Below are positions 59,462 to 64,000 of a stretch of DNA of 64,000 nucleotides, in pieces (position 1 is the stretch's first letter; every line of letters starts with the position of its first letter). The stretch is from Octopus vulgaris (taxonomy: Eukaryota): contig OX597823.1 of assembly GCA_951406725.2 (NCBI GenBank), positions 111,600,001 through 111,664,000 on the forward strand, in the 5' to 3' direction. Position numbers and translations under genes: made by a program. The notes beneath the pieces were generated by a model. It saw nothing but the letters and a program-made list of their open reading frames with translations, was not told the origin of the DNA and searched no databases.

Positions 59462-59650
59462 AAAGTACAAAATGCTTAGCAGTATTTCATACATCACTAC
59501 ATTCTGAGTTCAAATTCCAATGAATTCGACTTTGCCTTCCATCCTTTTGGGTTCGATATAATAAGTACCAGTTGAACACTGGGGTCGATGTAATCGACTC
59601 ATCCTCACTTCCCCCAAGCTGCCTTTGTGGCAAAAATTTGAAATAACTAT
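59462..59650 (+). mobile_element. 5'-truncated SINE family B variant
   Basis: AAATGCTTAGCAGTATTTC...GACTTTGCCTTCCATCCTTTTGGG. Confidence 0.8.
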
Positions 59651-59964
59651 TTTTTAAAACTATCAACTTCTTCCATTTCAGTTATATTAAAGATTCAAGA
59701 ATACAGGTTTGTTATACTTAGTTGATTAAAAGAAGAATCTCTCCATTATTTTCTCCATCCAAATTTCATCCTTAAAGCTATATATATATATGTATACTTT
59801 CGAGCCGTGTGCTTATAGTGATACATTATATGGTTATCGACAATTAAGTCTATATTTCGGCATATTTGGCATTGGAATTTTTTCTTTTGCCCTTGTTTAT
59901 AAGTTGTATATATATATATATATATATATATACTCAAAATAAGCAACAAAGATATTCAAGGTAG

Positions 59965-60052
59965 TGTAGTACAATCGTTTCCTCCTACTTCATTTTATTA
60001 AACACTGTAAGTATTACATCAGTTTTAAAATGTCGAGCAATCTTCAGCCACA
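59965..60052 (-). ncRNA. hammerhead motif of the same family as 35165, with stem II decayed
   Basis: TGTGG-CTGAAGA-TTGCTC...GAAA-CGATTG-TA-CTACA. Confidence 0.65.
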
Positions 60053-60111
60053 TATAGAATTTTTTAATTAAATGGACAATGTACACCTTTTTATACATAT
60101 TTCATTTGCCA

Positions 60112-60153
<42 letters not shown>

Positions 60154-60615
60154 TAGTTCTAATTTTTTATACAATCCAATTGTTTCCAATACTTTTAGTC
60201 TTTATACTTATTTATTTATTTTTTTGACTATCTATTAAATTACAAACAATTAAATTAGAATTACATCTTAGTTAATTCCCTATATCCATGAAGACAGTGA
60301 GGTCACATCCTTAGGCAATGCAGCTCACACAATAACATCAAACAAGAGACATGCTCTCTCACAGGCAGTATCCATTAAGATCCTAGAACTGTTCCCTTAA
60401 TACGTTTAAAATCCATCATAGTTTCAAAACTAAATCCCTTGAGAGAAAATGTTAGGGTGATCTAAAGTTGCGTATGATTAAAAAGTGAGATGTGCTGTTT
60501 GATGGCCTTTACTTATGCATGTTGCACATTGAAAATCATGTTGTTGATGCTTCTAAACATATTAAATCCACACTGACTTTCAACAAAACGTTTTTCAATT
60601 ATCTGAGTAGCAGTT

Positions 60616-61259
60616 CTATTTGTGAAATGCTGAGCGGTATTTCGTCTGTCGTTACGTTCTGAGTTCAAATTCTGCCGAGGTCGACTTAGCCTTTCATCCT
60701 TTCGGGGTCGATAAATAAAGTACCAGTTTCGCACTGGGGGCCATATAATCGACTCAATCCCTTCGTCTGTCCTTGTTTGTCCCCTCTATGTTTAGCCCCT
60801 TGTGGGTAGTAAAGAAATATATATTTAAGAGATGAGGAATTCTGTACATTATTTACATTATTTACATTCGACCGAGTGCAGATAAGAGCAGCATATGGGA
60901 ACCGGTATTAAGGAAGGATAGAAAATATTAGATTTATAAGTCCTAAAAGTTACTCCATAATTGCCCATGGGCATATGGCATAGTGGTTAAGAGCATGGGT
61001 TACTAACCCCAAAATTCTGAGTTTGATTCCAAGCAATGACCTGAACAATGATGATGATGATGATGAAGATGAAGATGATGACGGCAACGACGACGACGAC
61101 GATGATGATGATGTTGAAAAATACCTTAGGAATGAGAAACTAGGTTCGAAATTTCCCCAAGACACATGAAGAAGGCTGGAGAGTATATCAACCGAAACAT
61201 TGTGTTAACAACCATCAAGTTGAGGACAAATATCCGTCAAATGTAAATAATGTAAATAA
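60616..61259 (+). mobile_element. composite insert: truncated SINE B, inverted tail copy, tRNA-like head, (GAT)n and HHR-like motif; 16-bp TSD
   Basis: TATCTGAGTAGCAGTT at 60600-60615 and 61260-61275. A-box-like TGGCATAGTGG near 60976 and B-box-like GAGTTTGATTCC near 61019. Confidence 0.8.
61161..61206 (+). ncRNA. decayed minimal hammerhead motif
   Basis: GACAC-ATGAAGA-A-GGCTG...CAACC-GAAA-CA-TT-GTGTT. C3 is substituted, and ACGT>ACAT is consistent with CpG decay. Confidence 0.55.
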
Positions 61260-61694
61260 TATCTGAGTAGCAGTTTTGTTAGAATATTCCTTGTAATGAA
61301 GAGAAGAAAAATTCCTCAGTTATTTCCACAGTCCTGTTGATCATCTTTCCACTATCAGTGCATCCTTGAACTGTTGGGAAGTAATACTGCATAGTCAACA
61401 TTTTCTGAAGAATTGTAGAAGTTTACCTTTAATTAATTCCCACTATGCTTATAGACTTCCATTAGAGTGCTGTCCGCACTAGGAGCTTTCATTAGTTTTG
61501 CTTCATGGATGGCAGTCACCAATTTCTTCATATTCTGTGGTAAATCCAAAGTGGTAACTCTCAGAAGCTGATTAAAAAATATTCTTACCAGTGCTCCATA
61601 ATATTGCTTTTCCTGGTGTAGAAATGTGAATCTTTCATAAATGTTCATTGTTGTGTTGGTCTGTGGACCATATATCTCTTTCAGAATTGTATGT

Positions 61695-62099
61695 AGGCGT
61701 AGGAGTGGCTGTGTAGTAAGTAGCTTGCTTAGCAACCACATGCTTCCGGGTTCAGTTCCACTGCATGGCACCTTGGGTAAGTGTCTTCTACTATAGCCTC
61801 AAGCCAACCAAAGCCTTGTGAGTGGATTTGGTAGACGGAAACTGAAAGAAGCCTGTCGTATATATATATATGTATGTGTGTGTATATGTTTGTGTGTCTG
61901 TTTGTCCCCACCAACATCACTTGACAACTGATGCTGGTGTGTTTATGTCTCCATAACTTAACGGTTCAGCAAAAGAGACCGATAGAATAAGTACTAGGCT
62001 TACAAAGAATAAGTCCTGGGGTTGATTTGCTCGACTAAAGCCGATGCTCCAGCATGGCCACAGTCAATTGACTGAAACAAGTAAAAAGAGTAAAAGAGA
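61695..62099 (+). mobile_element. SINE family A, full length
   Basis: GGCGTAGGAGTGGCTGTG head through the AAGAGTA tail. Confidence 0.93.
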
Positions 62100-62487
62100 G
62101 AGGATTTCCCAATTGTGTAATCAGTTAAAGCCTGAATTTCATCATCAGTTTTTAAACTGTCACAAGCTCCTTATGAAGCAAGGCATTCACAGCCTTCAGA
62201 GTGAATGGATTTGTATAATGGAAACTGAAAGAATCCTGCTCTTGTTGTATGTATGTGTGTGTGTCTGTGCATGTGCGTGTGCAATAGCTGTAAAGGATTA
62301 ATCCCCATCATACAAGCAGTGTCCTTCGTTTCCAACAAACATCAGAGAATATATGCCTGGCCATGATGAAAAATTAATACTTTGCTTAGAAATGCGACGG
62401 CTGGCAGCAGGAAGCGCATCCGTTTGTAGGGAATCTTCCTCAACAAATGCTGTCTGACTTATGCAAGCTTTGCAGAGTGGATGCTAA

Positions 62488-62576
62488 AATGATGGTGATG
62501 GTGATGATGATGATGGTGATGATGATGATGATGATGATGATGATGGTGGTGGTGATGGTGGTGGTGGTGGTGGTGG

Positions 62577-62621
<45 letters not shown>

Positions 62622-62678
62622 AGGTAGTGGTGGTGATGATGATGATGATTATTATGATGGTGATGATAATGATGATGA
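62488..62678. repeat. (GAT/GGT)n array
   Basis: Directly visible. It follows a diverged RTE-tailed SINE remnant at ~62170-62490. Confidence 0.93.
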
Positions 62679-62763
62679 AAGCTCAATATCAAAGTCAATT
62701 ATATTGTCTTTAACGTAGCATATTTGCGCTCAGTGTATTCCGTATAATAGCTCCATCTCCTTT

Positions 62764-62801
<38 letters not shown>

Positions 62802-62999
62802 ACGTGTGCATGTATGTATTTTAAAATTTCCATTTAGATTGTGAATTGATGAAGATTGGACTGCTCTTTTCAGCACATCTGGCTTGAACATGCCATCTTA
62901 AAGGCAGTGTAACTGACATCGATTTTGACATGGCAATAAATTAACGTACATACTTAGTATCACAAGAGATGGCTAGGTGAGCTGATTGGTGGACTGAGG

Positions 63000-63335
63000 T
63001 CTGTGACTGAATCACATCGATCTGTTATTTATTACTGACATCTGGGTAAACTGACTGTTTGTTGGTCTGTTGTTTCAGACTGAACCACATTGATTTGACA
63101 CCTATTATTGACACCTAGATTAACCAATTGATAGACTACGGTGTGTGACTGAACTATATTGATCTGTTATTTATTACTGACAGTTAGGTAAACTAACCGG
63201 TGGAGTGTTCCCTGAACCTAAACCACTTTGATCTAGCTCCCATTATTGACACCAAAATATGCTGACACACAACTGGTGTGTGACTGAAACGTATCAAACT
63301 GTTATTTATTACTGTCAGCTGGGTTAACTGATGCA
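63000..63335. repeat. higher-order minisatellite (A-B-A-B-A, ~65-70-bp monomers)
   Basis: GTGACTGAA...CTGTTATTTATTACTG occurs three times, alternating with ACCAC.TTGAT...ATTATTGACACC twice. Confidence 0.8.
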
Positions 63336-63377
63336 ATGTTAGTCTAAATATTTCTGCGCAGAAACTCAGTAAATTAC

Positions 63378-63693
63378 TTTGTTGTTTGTTGTTTGTTCCT
63401 TCTCGAGCCATGCCTGGCTCATAAGGGCCAGTTTCTCAGTTTCCTTGGCGTATAGGTTCCCCACCTGGACGGGACGCCGGTCCATCGCAGGTGAGCTGCA
63501 AGATGCAGGAGGAAAGAATGAGAGAAAGTTGTGGCGAAAGAGTCAGCAGAAGTTCGCCATTACCTTCTCCCGGAGCCGCATAGAGCTTAGGTGTTTTCAC
63601 TCATAAACACACACATCACCCGGTCTCAGATTTGAACCTGCGATCCCTCAACCGTGAGTCCACTGCTCTAACCACTAGGCCATGTGCCTCCAC
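63378..63693 (-). mobile_element. SINE family D, full length, 10-bp TSD
   Basis: CAGTAAATTA at 63367-63376 and 63693-63702, with a tRNA head on the minus strand. Confidence 0.93.
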
Positions 63694-64000
63694 AGTAAAT
63701 TATTTGCATTACACTGGTAACTTCTGACACAGGGCTTGGTACACACTGAAACCTACTTCCTCATAGCCATCATATTCTTGCATCTTCAGTAACCTAGCCA
63801 GTATTATTTACACATCAGTGTTACCATAGTATTTTGAGAAAATCTACTTTGCAAACGTTATTCCACAGTGTATATTCCTAAATGAAATTAAATCTTAAAA
63901 TAGAGAATTAATGTTCTTTAAATAACTAACAAGAAAAACATTAAAATTGTTAGCAAACATTAAAGAGCTTATTGAAGCTTATAATAGAAGTTGATTACTA

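Larger units (their letters stand above)
60200..61694 (-). mobile_element. decayed RTE-clade LINE RT region, interrupted at 60616-61259
   Basis: Minus-strand KAPSADSTLMEVYK and FVESQCGF..RSINNMIF match RTE RT motifs (KAPG.D; PESQCGFR..RST.DMIF). Confidence 0.8.

Overview
This is AT-rich, microsatellite-saturated animal DNA. The SINE families and repeat landscape look like octopus (coleoid cephalopod) intronic or intergenic sequence, which is an inference. No intact protein-coding gene is supported, and nearly all listed ORFs are translated simple repeats or SINE sequence. The window holds about 25 SINE copies from four families (A-D), several with target-site duplications (TSDs). It also holds decayed R4/Dong-, HERO- and RTE-type LINEs, a Ty1/copia RT-RNase H remnant, a Helitron Rep remnant, three Tc1/mariner remnants, a piggyBac-type MITE and two foldback elements. 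The main unexplained signal is nine type-I hammerhead-ribozyme (HHR) motifs: five with an intact core and all stems formable, and four decayed. They sit in about eight sequence-unrelated short inserts, usually in or beside (TA)n tracts and often with a 5' inverted duplication. All well-preserved motifs have a palindromic stem III. This architecture matches Penelope-like element (PLE) pseudo-LTRs or retrozymes. One HHR-like motif is part of a tRNA-headed composite insert bounded by a 16-bp TSD.
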